DNA from: a virus
Taxonomy: Duplodnaviria; Caudoviricetes
Strand: one strand, 5' to 3'
DNA length: 53,328 nt
IMG/VR virus record: IMGVR_UViG_3300047480_000319
Span: 1-53,328 of that record
Part shown: positions 1-8,449 of the stretch, in pieces
Layout: every line of letters starts with the position of its first letter
Position numbering within the stretch: the stretch's first letter is position 1
Notes under the pieces: generated by a model
What the model was told of the DNA's origin: nothing
Database searches by the model: none
What the model saw: the letters and a program-made list of their open reading frames with translations, nothing else
Made by a program: the position numbers and the translations under genes

Positions 1-183
1 GAAGAAATCTTGACCAAACTCTTTAGTCAAGTCTTCTTTTTTGTTAAACATGATCTCTCCAGTTCTACTACTCAAAATAAACTTATTATTTTCTTTTTTC
101 TGCAAAGTAGCAATTTTAGATCCATCTTGTTCGACAATCCAATATTTTCCTTCGATAACAGGTTTGGCATGAATTTCGGTCAT
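1..183 (-). CDS. Hypothetical phage protein, 5' part only (runs off the window edge)
   Basis: Read manually: ATG at 183, open frame MTEIHAKPVIEGKYWIVEQDGSKIATL... to position 1, starting just after the exonuclease stop codon. Confidence 0.7.
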   Translation of the reverse strand, partial: MTEIHAKPVIEGKYWIVEQDGSKIATLQKKENNKFILSSRTGEIMFNKKEDLTKEFGQDFF

Positions 184-184
184 A

Positions 185-1168
185 TTATTCTGGATATTTT
201 GCTTGAAATGGTTCTGCATACTGCTGTATAGATTCAGCAATTTTATTCATATCATATGAATTGCAGAATTTTAGCATACGAATACCTACTTGTGTAATAT
301 CTTTTGGCTTACACAACTCTTTAATTGTGGTGTTGATAATTTCTCTTATATGGTCTGGTTGATAAGACAAATCGATTAATCGACGATTGCGTTCGTAGTC
401 GTCACGAACTCGATGTTCGATACCGTTGTGATCGGACCATCTTTGTAACATTAAGTTGTTCCAGTTATAGCCTTTACCATTACGATCTTCAAATGCTTCA
501 GTTAATCCTACTTTGTTCTTAGAACCTTTTACTCTTACACCTGGAAAGGCACTGAATACGTTATCTGACGAATCGCCCCTAATACACTTTTCAAAGAGGA
601 GCCATTCAGGGTTAGGAATTTTCTTAGGTTCCTTAGTTTTTTTATCAATAACAGGATTTCCTTTCTTATCGAAAATACCTTCGATAGTGTGTAGTTCTTC
701 GGATATACCGTTATATTGTTTTACATTCGATGCTAACAATTGATAAAAATCGGAATCGCTACTAATGATAACATGTTGATCATTAGGGTGACTTTGAATA
801 AATCCTGCAATTAAGTCGTCAGCTTCAAGTTGAGGATGATGCAAAATAGTACAGTTAGTTTTATCAGTTACAAACTTTTTAAATTCATCAAAAGTTTCCC
901 AGAACAGCTTATCTTCTTCTTGTTCTTTAGGAGACATTGCGGCTCTTGTTTCTGCACGATTTCTTTTATAAGGTTCATAAAAGTCTTTACGCCAGCTACG
1001 ACCTTCTAAACAAAAGACTACATGATCACCGTCAAAATCTTGCCATGCCTTTTTAATGCTGTTAAACATAATATGTAAAGCCATGCCGAGTTTAATACTA
1101 GCATCACCTCGTACTACATGTCTAGAACGAAAAAATGTATTTGCTGTATCGACAATAATATATGTCAT
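185..1168 (-). CDS. rnh: 5'-3' exonuclease / T4 RNase H-like flap endonuclease
   Basis: IVDTANTFFR, YKRNR, LEADDLIA, ISSDSDFYQL and GDSSDNV motifs of the PolI-5'exo/FEN family. Confidence 0.9.
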   Translation of the reverse strand: MTYIIVDTANTFFRSRHVVRGDASIKLGMALHIMFNSIKKAWQDFDGDHVVFCLEGRSWRKDFYEPYKRNRAETRAAMSPKEQEEDKLFWETFDEFKKFVTDKTNCTILHHPQLEADDLIAGFIQSHPNDQHVIISSDSDFYQLLASNVKQYNGISEELHTIEGIFDKKGNPVIDKKTKEPKKIPNPEWLLFEKCIRGDSSDNVFSAFPGVRVKGSKNKVGLTEAFEDRNGKGYNWNNLMLQRWSDHNGIEHRVRDDYERNRRLIDLSYQPDHIREIINTTIKELCKPKDITQVGIRMLKFCNSYDMNKIAESIQQYAEPFQAKYPE

Positions 1169-1656
1169 GAAACCTCTGATTTACCGTCATCACGTTTAAC
1201 AATATTAATATATCCCATATCTCTTTCGGACATATCAATTCCTTCTTCTGCAGCAACCGATGCACTGATATCGCGTAACCATCGATCTATGATTGCTTCA
1301 TCTGGATCTCCGTCTACACCGTATCCTTCTTGCTTTAATTGTAAAATCCAATACTCGTTCCAGTCGATATCATAAAAGCCGTATCTGACACTATTCTTAG
1401 TAACATTTAAGCGTGCGTCAACCCAAGGTTCTTTACGCTTTGTAGCAAGTTCCTTTGGTGTAAGTTTTGCATCTTCTTCTGCTTGTTTACGAAGTTTTTC
1501 TTCTTTTGCCTTTTTTCGAAGTTCTGCTTTTTCTTTCTTTAACGACTCGTTTGCTCTTTTAACAAGCTCTAGTCTTTTTAGTTCTTCTGCCTTTGCTTGT
1601 TCTTCTCGAGCAGTAATACCTGTAATATCTCTAATAAACTTTTTAATTTTCATCAA
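1165..1656 (-). CDS. Hypothetical protein with an N-terminal coiled coil
   Basis: 163-aa ORF with 4-nt overlaps to both neighbours. Confidence 0.75.
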   Translation of the reverse strand: MMKIKKFIRDITGITAREEQAKAEELKRLELVKRANESLKKEKAELRKKAKEEKLRKQAEEDAKLTPKELATKRKEPWVDARLNVTKNSVRYGFYDIDWNEYWILQLKQEGYGVDGDPDEAIIDRWLRDISASVAAEEGIDMSERDMGYINIVKRDDGKSEVS

Positions 1657-2504
1657 GTTCCCCAGCTATTTCCGAATAACGGTAAGTGAAGCCTGTCACT
1701 ATATCTAAGTCCATTTTTTAATGCAAGTTCAGCAACCCTCTTTGCATTGAGGTTGTATACTTCGTTAACACCGCCGACTGGCATTAAGTATACCGGGCCT
1801 TCGAATCCTTCTGCTCGATAAACATCGACAGTTTCTAATGCTTCTTCTACGTCATCTTCGGTAGCTACAACAAACTTAAGGTATGTATAACCAACTTCTT
1901 CGTATTCACAGACTACTGATGGCCGGATAGCATTTTCTCTTGCTTCTCCGGAACAACTTAATTTAGCACTCACACTAAAAGTAATATTATTAGTGTTTGT
2001 TTCGCGTTCTTCTATCCAACTTAATAAGTATGACTTAAAATTTGTATCAAGTGTTTGTGTACCATTCGTTTCGAATGTAATATTTTTAAGTTCTACCATT
2101 TTAGGATGTCCTAACAATGCAGGATATGCTTTTTGCCAACCTAACAATGGTTCACCTCCGGTTATTACAAGATGTTCATCCATCCATTTTTTATAAGGAA
2201 GTAGGTCGAGAATTTCTTCAACTAAATCGTCAATTTTTTTAAACGGACTAAGATCTTTAAATTTAGGATGCCAACTTGCATAACTGTCGCATCCAGTATC
2301 GGCTAACGGTAAAGACTCATAATTTCTATATGGCCCCGATTCTGCAATAATATCTGCTTCTTCGCTTAGTTTACCTTTCGGCATTCCAAAGCCCCGACAT
2401 TGAAAGTTACATCCAAATGTTCTTAAAAACACAGAAGGGACACCCATGTATCTTCCTTCTCCTTGTAAACTATAAAATAGTTCTGATACTTTTATCTGAT
2501 TCAT
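1653..2504 (-). CDS. queE: 7-carboxy-7-deazaguanine synthase (QueE-like radical SAM)
   Basis: ELFYSLQGEG, FLRTFGCNFQC...GCDS, VITGGEPL, FETNGT and RLH motifs; folE nearby. Confidence 0.9.
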   Translation of the reverse strand: MNQIKVSELFYSLQGEGRYMGVPSVFLRTFGCNFQCRGFGMPKGKLSEEADIIAESGPYRNYESLPLADTGCDSYASWHPKFKDLSPFKKIDDLVEEILDLLPYKKWMDEHLVITGGEPLLGWQKAYPALLGHPKMVELKNITFETNGTQTLDTNFKSYLLSWIEERETNTNNITFSVSAKLSCSGEARENAIRPSVVCEYEEVGYTYLKFVVATEDDVEEALETVDVYRAEGFEGPVYLMPVGGVNEVYNLNAKRVAELALKNGLRYSDRLHLPLFGNSWGT

Positions 2505-2509
2505 AATAT

Positions 2510-2538
2510 ATTGTATAATAATTAGTTTGTATTGTCAA
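2510..2538 (-). promoter_or_regulatory. Sigma70-like promoter for queE (TTGACA-17-TACAAT)
   Basis: -35 at 2538-2533 and -10 at 2515-2510; ATG 5 nt downstream of the -10. Confidence 0.7.
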
Positions 2539-4318
2539 CGATTGAAATGATATTTTTTGATGTGCCTGTTCTTCTATCACGCGCACCACTTGTAATAATT
2601 AAATCTTTCGGTTGTACAGAATAAGTTACAGATTCGTCTACTTCGTTAATAATATCGCAGGTTCCATTTATTAAAATTGGATATGTCGATTCGGAGTTAT
2701 ATAAGAATTCTTTTTGCAATTCGTGTACCCATATAGGAATATCCTTCAATTTTTTTCCTACATCGTAAACAAAATTAAAAATTTCAAACCGATTTTCTGA
2801 CATCCATGCCTTAGTTGAAGTGTGCAAGGCATGTCCCCCGACTGACGAATCTAGTGAACCCGTAGTTAGGTATGTATAGATTGTATTATATAACGATTGA
2901 TATTTTTTAGACATAACTTCGTCGGTTATAATATTTTCTAGCAAAAAGTCATAGAACGTCCTAAACGGAACATTATGCACAAATCGTAGATATCTTGAAA
3001 TAATTTGCGAGTACCCTTGCATATGCCATTGTATAATCATCCATCCATATAAATAGGATTCGGTCATTTCGTGAGTATTCATAGTGCTTGTTGAAATTAC
3101 AAGTTCAATCTTTTCATTAATTCCGTCGTGATTGTGTTTTTTATATTCGTTAAAATTGTAGTAATTAACGTAAATCGCACTTTTGAGCTGATACATTTCT
3201 CGTGATTCGGGTTTTGACAATTCGCTATTTTCGAGTAGCTGTGTAAACCAAATTTCTAAAGCATTATGCTGTCCCATCTCGAGTAATTCACAAAGACCTC
3301 GACACCACGTTTCTTTAGTTTCTAAAGGAAGGCCTAATAATAATTCCGAGTATGACGGTACATTATATTTTTTTGACAATCGAATTAATTCTTTTACATC
3401 GTTAATAGGCAAATTTTTTCTATGAATAGCATCTAATGTATCAGGATTCATACTTTGCAATGCAATAGTAACTCCGATAGCCTTATCGCCTAAAATTTGT
3501 TCAATCTCAAATGCTAGCTCGGTGCTATTTTTTGCTCCTTGTACATTAACAACATCGACTGAAGAATCGTCGGCTGCTGCCTTAATTAACTTAGCGAGTT
3601 CTAAATCTCGTTCTTTAAAAATACCAAAATTTGCATCTGCAATCATCAGGTATCCGATAGGTTTTCCTCGAATCCAATCTAATTCTTGTTGTACATTTTC
3701 GAGTGCAAACTTTTTAACTTTAGAATAGGTAAGACTCCCCCAGTCGCAAAAACTACAGGAATAAGGACATCCTCTATTAGTTTCGATAGTTACATTCCAT
3801 GTAATGTCCGGATTTTCTTCGAGAAGACGATCGAACACTCCGCTAACGTATGGCCCGGAATGGGATAAATCTTGTAGTCGAGTTTTTGGAACAATTGAAT
3901 CTAACTTATTTCCTTTATGTATATCTGTTAAAATTTTAACAAATGCTTCTTCACCTTCTCCTAGAACTATGCAATCTATAAAAGAATAAGAAAGATATCT
4001 TTTGCTAATTTGAGGTCCGCCGAATAATATTACACATTCGGGCCATTTTCTTTTTATTTCTTCTGCCGCAACTAGACAGTATTCAATATTCCAAATATAG
4101 CAACTAAACCCACATATAGTTGGATTTTCAATTTTATCAAGAAGTTCGGGGATCGGATTTCTTTTAAAAAATAGATCTTTTAATACAAAGTTATCTGTTA
4201 CATCCTTAAAGTTTGAGGCATAGTTCCAGAGGACCCCAACAGAATATGGGATCCAATTACTTAATTTTCCATTAAAGAAAATGGTATATTGAGGCTGAAA
4301 CAGATAAACGTTTTTCAC
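2522..4318 (-). CDS. B12-binding-domain radical SAM enzyme (class B methyltransferase-like)
   Basis: N-terminal cobalamin-binding-like motifs GFSCYIWN, ILFGGPQ and GEGE; ETNRGCPYSCSFCDWG (CxxxCxxC); DANFG; LGLPLET. Confidence 0.85.
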   Translation of the reverse strand: MKNVYLFQPQYTIFFNGKLSNWIPYSVGVLWNYASNFKDVTDNFVLKDLFFKRNPIPELLDKIENPTICGFSCYIWNIEYCLVAAEEIKRKWPECVILFGGPQISKRYLSYSFIDCIVLGEGEEAFVKILTDIHKGNKLDSIVPKTRLQDLSHSGPYVSGVFDRLLEENPDITWNVTIETNRGCPYSCSFCDWGSLTYSKVKKFALENVQQELDWIRGKPIGYLMIADANFGIFKERDLELAKLIKAAADDSSVDVVNVQGAKNSTELAFEIEQILGDKAIGVTIALQSMNPDTLDAIHRKNLPINDVKELIRLSKKYNVPSYSELLLGLPLETKETWCRGLCELLEMGQHNALEIWFTQLLENSELSKPESREMYQLKSAIYVNYYNFNEYKKHNHDGINEKIELVISTSTMNTHEMTESYLYGWMIIQWHMQGYSQIISRYLRFVHNVPFRTFYDFLLENIITDEVMSKKYQSLYNTIYTYLTTGSLDSSVGGHALHTSTKAWMSENRFEIFNFVYDVGKKLKDIPIWVHELQKEFLYNSESTYPILINGTCDIINEVDESVTYSVQPKDLIITSGARDRRTGTSKNIISIVDNTN

Positions 4319-5004
4319 TTATGTCCTTTCATCGACAAACAGATATCGTAAAATTCTTGTTTTAACGCCGAGTCTGATTGGAAAGCACCGAGCATGATAG
4401 CAGTAGTCATATCACTTTCGTGTTCTCTAACTCCTCGCATAGTCATACAATGATGTTCTGCTTTAACAACAACTGCAATATGCTGTGTCTTTGCATATTC
4501 TTGTAAAGCATCTGCAATCTGTGTAGTCATTTCTTCTTGAATCTGCGGACGTTCACAAATATGATGCACTAATCGATTAAATTTACTAAGGCCGATGACT
4601 TCCTCATCAGGAACGATGCCGACCCAACATTTTCCTACAATATTTTGAAAATGGTGTGCGCAAGTCGATCTAATTGAAATAGGCCCAGTAGTGTATAAAC
4701 TTTTGTAACCCATATTTGGAAATGCAGTAACTTTTGGTACAGGACGATATCTGCCGCTAAATGTTTCAAGAATCATCATTTTAGCAACACGTCTTGCAGT
4801 ATCGTGTGTATTATGATCGTTGTCAAGATCTATTACTAACGAATCGAGGACATCTTCGAACTTGTCTGCTACTTCGTCGACTAATAGATCTAACTCTCCT
4901 TCTCGAATGTAGTCTGCAATGTTGTCGTTACAGTGAAATCTTTTATTTGCTTGATAAATTCTTGTACGAATAATGTCGCTTATTGGTGTGTTTTTTATTT
5001 CCAT
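4315..5004 (-). CDS. folE: GTP cyclohydrolase I
   Basis: TARRVAKM, STCAHHF, GLSKFNR, QIQEEMT and HHCMTMRGV motifs. Confidence 0.95.
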   Translation of the reverse strand: MEIKNTPISDIIRTRIYQANKRFHCNDNIADYIREGELDLLVDEVADKFEDVLDSLVIDLDNDHNTHDTARRVAKMMILETFSGRYRPVPKVTAFPNMGYKSLYTTGPISIRSTCAHHFQNIVGKCWVGIVPDEEVIGLSKFNRLVHHICERPQIQEEMTTQIADALQEYAKTQHIAVVVKAEHHCMTMRGVREHESDMTTAIMLGAFQSDSALKQEFYDICLSMKGHK

Positions 5005-5014
5005 AGTTTCTCCG

Positions 5015-5044
5015 ATGATAACGCAGTGGATTGCGATATATCAT
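5015..5044 (-). promoter_or_regulatory. Hairpin directly 5' of the folE RBS
   Basis: ATGATA-TAT-CGCA-[ATCCAC]-TGCG-T-TATCAT followed by CGGAGAAACT-ATG. Confidence 0.5.
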
Positions 5045-5045
5045 T

Positions 5046-5075
5046 AATATACATTCTTATTTAGATCTTTGTCAA
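5046..5075 (-). promoter_or_regulatory. Sigma70-like promoter (TTGACA-18-TATATT) with an embedded late-type TAAATA, upstream of folE
   Basis: -35 at 5075-5070, -10 at 5051-5046, TAAATA at 5063-5058. Confidence 0.6.
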
Positions 5076-5254
5076 TGATTACGTTTAATATTATGAAGTT
5101 CATCTTCGAGATATTTTTTATATTCGTTCAAAACTTCAAACTTTCTACCACTTTCGCCAGCCTGATTTAAATTCTCAAGATCCTTTACAACTTGATTAAT
5201 CTTTTCTTGTAATTCTTCTATAGTCAAATCACTCACTTTGAAAATCTCTCCCAC
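5072..5254 (-). CDS. Small coiled-coil hypothetical protein
   Basis: 60-aa ORF overlapping the end of the PRTase gene. Confidence 0.65.
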   Translation of the reverse strand: MGEIFKVSDLTIEELQEKINQVVKDLENLNQAGESGRKFEVLNEYKKYLEDELHNIKRNH

Positions 5255-5730
5255 GGAAATTCAATCCAAACATCTTCGTTTGCTTTGTTAATTTCCATTC
5301 CACAAAAATCCATTTTTGCATTACACTTACTAGATAGATTGTCAACTAATACTGCAAATTTAACATTGTGATTCCAGACCTTTGTATTCCAGTGATCTTC
5401 TTTAGGGCGGCAAGTAGATTTCCAATCGTCCATTATCCAATTAAGAGTTGCCCCGGTATCGTTAATATCGTCAACAATTAATATATTCTTACCGTCAAAT
5501 GCATCTTCTGACATCCAGCAATTACTTTCCATATCTTCATGATCCCTTAATGAAATTTTTAGGGTATTCATAGGAATATTAAAGTAATGGCTAAGATATA
5601 CGGCAGGAACTAAACCTCCTCGAGTAAGCCCTACGATATAATCCGGCTTCCAACCGCTTCCTTCAATTTGTCGGCAGATATCTAATGCCATTTTTTTAAA
5701 AGTCTTGTTTTTAAGTTTTTCGATCTTCAT
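5233..5730 (-). CDS. Type I phosphoribosyltransferase (xanthine/guanine PRTase-like)
   Basis: IVGLTRGGLVPA, PRPP-binding ILIVDDINDTGAT and C-terminal WIEFPWE. Confidence 0.9.
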   Translation of the reverse strand: MKIEKLKNKTFKKMALDICRQIEGSGWKPDYIVGLTRGGLVPAVYLSHYFNIPMNTLKISLRDHEDMESNCWMSEDAFDGKNILIVDDINDTGATLNWIMDDWKSTCRPKEDHWNTKVWNHNVKFAVLVDNLSSKCNAKMDFCGMEINKANEDVWIEFPWERFSK

Positions 5731-6124
5731 TCTTTAGCCTTTTCCAAGTTTTATATTTTTCTAGTTCTGAGTTGTATTCTTCCCACAGGTGTTTTAATTT
5801 AGGAAATTCTTTTTCCATTTCTACATCTCGGGAAGGAATGTTTAAAAGCGTTTCAATCCTTTCTAATCTTTTGCTTAAATCTTCACCGTTCATCACAATG
5901 GTTCCTTTAACATTTAATGCTGCTGATGGTTCTACAATAACCTCATTACCATTTGATGGTATGCTCATTACTGGATTACTATTAGCATGAAATACAGTAC
6001 TTGGAGTAGTCCAACTTACTGTATTGTTTGCACTTGTTATATAACTTCCATTATTTCCTATAATGTTACTGCATACTAGACTAGTGATATCGTTAGGATC
6101 ACATGTTTGTGACTTAGTTGCCAT
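5711..6124 (-). CDS. Hypothetical protein
   Basis: 137-aa ORF overlapping both neighbours. Confidence 0.7.
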   Translation of the reverse strand: MATKSQTCDPNDITSLVCSNIIGNNGSYITSANNTVSWTTPSTVFHANSNPVMSIPSNGNEVIVEPSAALNVKGTIVMNGEDLSKRLERIETLLNIPSRDVEMEKEFPKLKHLWEEYNSELEKYKTWKRLKNEDRKT

Positions 6125-7199
6125 TCTTTTTAGATGCTAACTCTTTATATAACTCGTCTGCCGAAAAGAAGTCATAGGTTAGCGATTTTGCTTGCTTTTT
6201 TAACCATGGTAGACGAGTTGTGTAGAAGTTCATATGATCCATAATTGTTTTACATAGATCAACACGATAGATTTCGTATAGTTCAAATGATTCAGTCCAT
6301 TCGCTTGGGTATTTAAAGATTGGTTCGTACATTTCCGAGTAGCTTAACCGATCCGGAACCATAGGAATTGCATCAAGTAAACAGCCTTCATACATACTAA
6401 TTCCAAGAGTTTCTTGTAAATTAGCACTAAAGACCATCTTAGCCTCACCTAATAATTTATGATATTCGTCCTTAGTAAGTTTCTGTTCTTGACATACAAC
6501 CCATTCATATTGCGGAAGATGTTTTTCCAAGTCTTTAAAAATTTCGATCTGCTTTTCTGGAGCAATACGATGTGGAAATAAAATTAAGTCTCTTTTTTGT
6601 AGACTAGTAAATGGAAGTAAAGTGTCCTGCATGTACTCCATAGGCCATCCGGATCTAACAATTTTGTTATTGTCGTGATTTTCACGAAGCCCTACAATGC
6701 TTTCTAATAACTCGTTGCAAAATAGTTCTATATGAAAATTAGTGGCAAAATAGTTATGATCGATTGCGTGAAAAAAACTTTTTTCTGCGTGTCTGACCCA
6801 AGGTGTATTTCCGATAAGTCGTCCTAAAAAGTCTTGCGGGTCATAACTGCCGGCATGCCATAATGCGTGAATTGTTACAGGAATTTGTAGCAACTCGCTC
6901 ATATACTTTAAGTTGATAATGCCAGGATGCCAAGCATCTGTAAAGACAAAATGATCGCCAGCAACAATCTTGCCTGCCGTGAAGAGTCTAGATATACTTT
7001 CCACTTGTGCAGCCTTGTATATGTTGGTGCCGCCAAAATTAAGAAAAGCGCCGGGAGTAGTAGCAGCTGGGATGTCAGCAGGGCCTGATATAATGTATAC
7101 TTCATGTCCTTTTTCTTTAAGCATGGAAGGTACATGGGTCTTCCACTGACCCGTGTACCTTGTATCAACTGCTTCTAGATCAACTAGAAAAATTGTCAT
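6114..7199 (-). CDS. Glycosyltransferase (GT-B fold, GT4-like)
   Basis: FPHRIAPEKQ and ETLGISMYEG (E-x7-E) motifs. Confidence 0.8.
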   Translation of the reverse strand: MTIFLVDLEAVDTRYTGQWKTHVPSMLKEKGHEVYIISGPADIPAATTPGAFLNFGGTNIYKAAQVESISRLFTAGKIVAGDHFVFTDAWHPGIINLKYMSELLQIPVTIHALWHAGSYDPQDFLGRLIGNTPWVRHAEKSFFHAIDHNYFATNFHIELFCNELLESIVGLRENHDNNKIVRSGWPMEYMQDTLLPFTSLQKRDLILFPHRIAPEKQIEIFKDLEKHLPQYEWVVCQEQKLTKDEYHKLLGEAKMVFSANLQETLGISMYEGCLLDAIPMVPDRLSYSEMYEPIFKYPSEWTESFELYEIYRVDLCKTIMDHMNFYTTRLPWLKKQAKSLTYDFFSADELYKELASKKNGN

Positions 7200-7483
7200 T
7201 AGTGAGACCTTGGTTTATTGACTCTTGCGCCCTGAGACTGTTTATTTTGATTCCAAGGCTTTTTCTCCCCATTCCAAGGCTTACGTGGCCTTGTACTCTT
7301 TTCATAAGATTGCCAAACCCTTGAATGTTTATTATAAAGGTCTGCTGGGTTAAATGGAAGTAATTCGATACGACAAAAATTAAGGAACAAGTCTAGATCA
7401 TCAAAAATCTTAACAATATCAGGGCGACGATCAAAATAACGTTGCTTAGATTGTTTGTTTGAGTATCTTTCGTTAGTAGCCAT
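7199..7483 (-). CDS. Hypothetical basic protein
   Basis: 94-aa ORF whose stop overlaps the glycosyltransferase start. Confidence 0.7.
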   Translation of the reverse strand: MATNERYSNKQSKQRYFDRRPDIVKIFDDLDLFLNFCRIELLPFNPADLYNKHSRVWQSYEKSTRPRKPWNGEKKPWNQNKQSQGARVNKPRSH

Positions 7484-7501
7484 TTTTATATTTCTCTTTT
7501 A

Positions 7502-7870
7502 TTAATGGTTTAAAAATTTTAGAAGACAGCCGTTTTCGCCATCTTCGCTTACTTCAATCCAAGTCTCACGAGTTGGATACCTGTAACTAATTTGCTCGTA
7601 AAGTTCACGTGCAAGCATTTCACAGGATTTGTGATTCAGTTCAAGTGTGCTAGTGCCATATAGTCCTTCAAGCCATCTCTTAAACTGAATAAATTCGATT
7701 TCACGATCGTCGTGTTGTACTTCAATCCATACTTTAAAATGGAACATGTGACGATGCGGATGTGATAAAAATGCAACATCATTTAAATTAGGATTAGTTG
7801 CTGCCTCTGGATAACAATGAATTCCTTCACGGCTAAATGTTACCCAAATCATTGATGTTTCTTTATTCAT
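7502..7870 (-). CDS. QueD-like T-fold protein, DpdL (CDG decarboxylase)-like
   Basis: LSHPHRHMF matches LxxxHRHxF rather than the QueD CxxxHGH motif; also SCEMLA and VSEDGENG. Confidence 0.75.
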   Translation of the reverse strand: MNKETSMIWVTFSREGIHCYPEAATNPNLNDVAFLSHPHRHMFHFKVWIEVQHDDREIEFIQFKRWLEGLYGTSTLELNHKSCEMLARELYEQISYRYPTRETWIEVSEDGENGCLLKFLNH

Positions 7871-7876
7871 ATTATT

Positions 7877-7905
7877 ATTGTATAAAAAATAGAGTAGTAT
7901 GTCAA
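7877..7905 (-). promoter_or_regulatory. Sigma70-like promoter (TTGACA-17-TACAAT), leaderless start
   Basis: -35 at 7905-7900, -10 at 7882-7877, ATG 6 nt downstream and no SD. Confidence 0.7.
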
Positions 7906-7921
7906 CAAATAAGAATAAATC

Positions 7922-8449
7922 TTATTTAATAATATTATCGTTTTTGTAAGCAGTCCAGGACGTAAATGCATTTTTGTCCATTAACGTGTGCAAACTATGA
8001 GACCATACACCTGGATTAGTTGCATTAAAATCTTTATCATCAATTTTAATAGTAGTGTTGTAGTTCCATAGTTTAGTATACGGAATCGGAACGCGAATTT
8101 GTGGAATAAAGTTATTATATTCACATAAACAGCTTTCGTTAAATTCTTCAACTTGACTCATTGGAATATCTAACGAGCACAAGTAATCTTTATCTAAGAA
8201 ATACTTTATCATAGATTCCCATTCTTCATGTTGCTCATATCCGTACGGATCGTAGCTGTGATTCGCACCAAAAAAGATATGGCTAGTTTCATAGGTTGAA
8301 ATTGCTAAACAATCTTCGATGTCTTTAACTAATTGTACCCCTACTACAAATAACGTGTGCATTCCATATGCAGGAGTGTGTTCGACTTCATATCCGGTAA
8401 AAAACTTAATGTTTTCTGCAGAGCCGTCTGTATAATTACGTTTCATCAA
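7922..8449 (-). CDS. Hypothetical protein coupled to the dpdA-like gene
   Basis: 175-aa ORF overlapping the dpdA stop; HIFFGANHS and NPGVWSH motifs. Confidence 0.75.
   Translation of the reverse strand: MMKRNYTDGSAENIKFFTGYEVEHTPAYGMHTLFVVGVQLVKDIEDCLAISTYETSHIFFGANHSYDPYGYEQHEEWESMIKYFLDKDYLCSLDIPMSQVEEFNESCLCEYNNFIPQIRVPIPYTKLWNYNTTIKIDDKDFNATNPGVWSHSLHTLMDKNAFTSWTAYKNDNIIK

Noticed and set aside
5005-5050. preQ1 riboswitch upstream of folE
   Set aside because: It lacks the preQ1-I stem/loop consensus and the 3' A-rich tail; kept only as an unassigned hairpin
7502-7870. Calling this gene queD
   Set aside because: It has no CxxxHGH motif; the HRH signature fits the DpdL-type paralogue better
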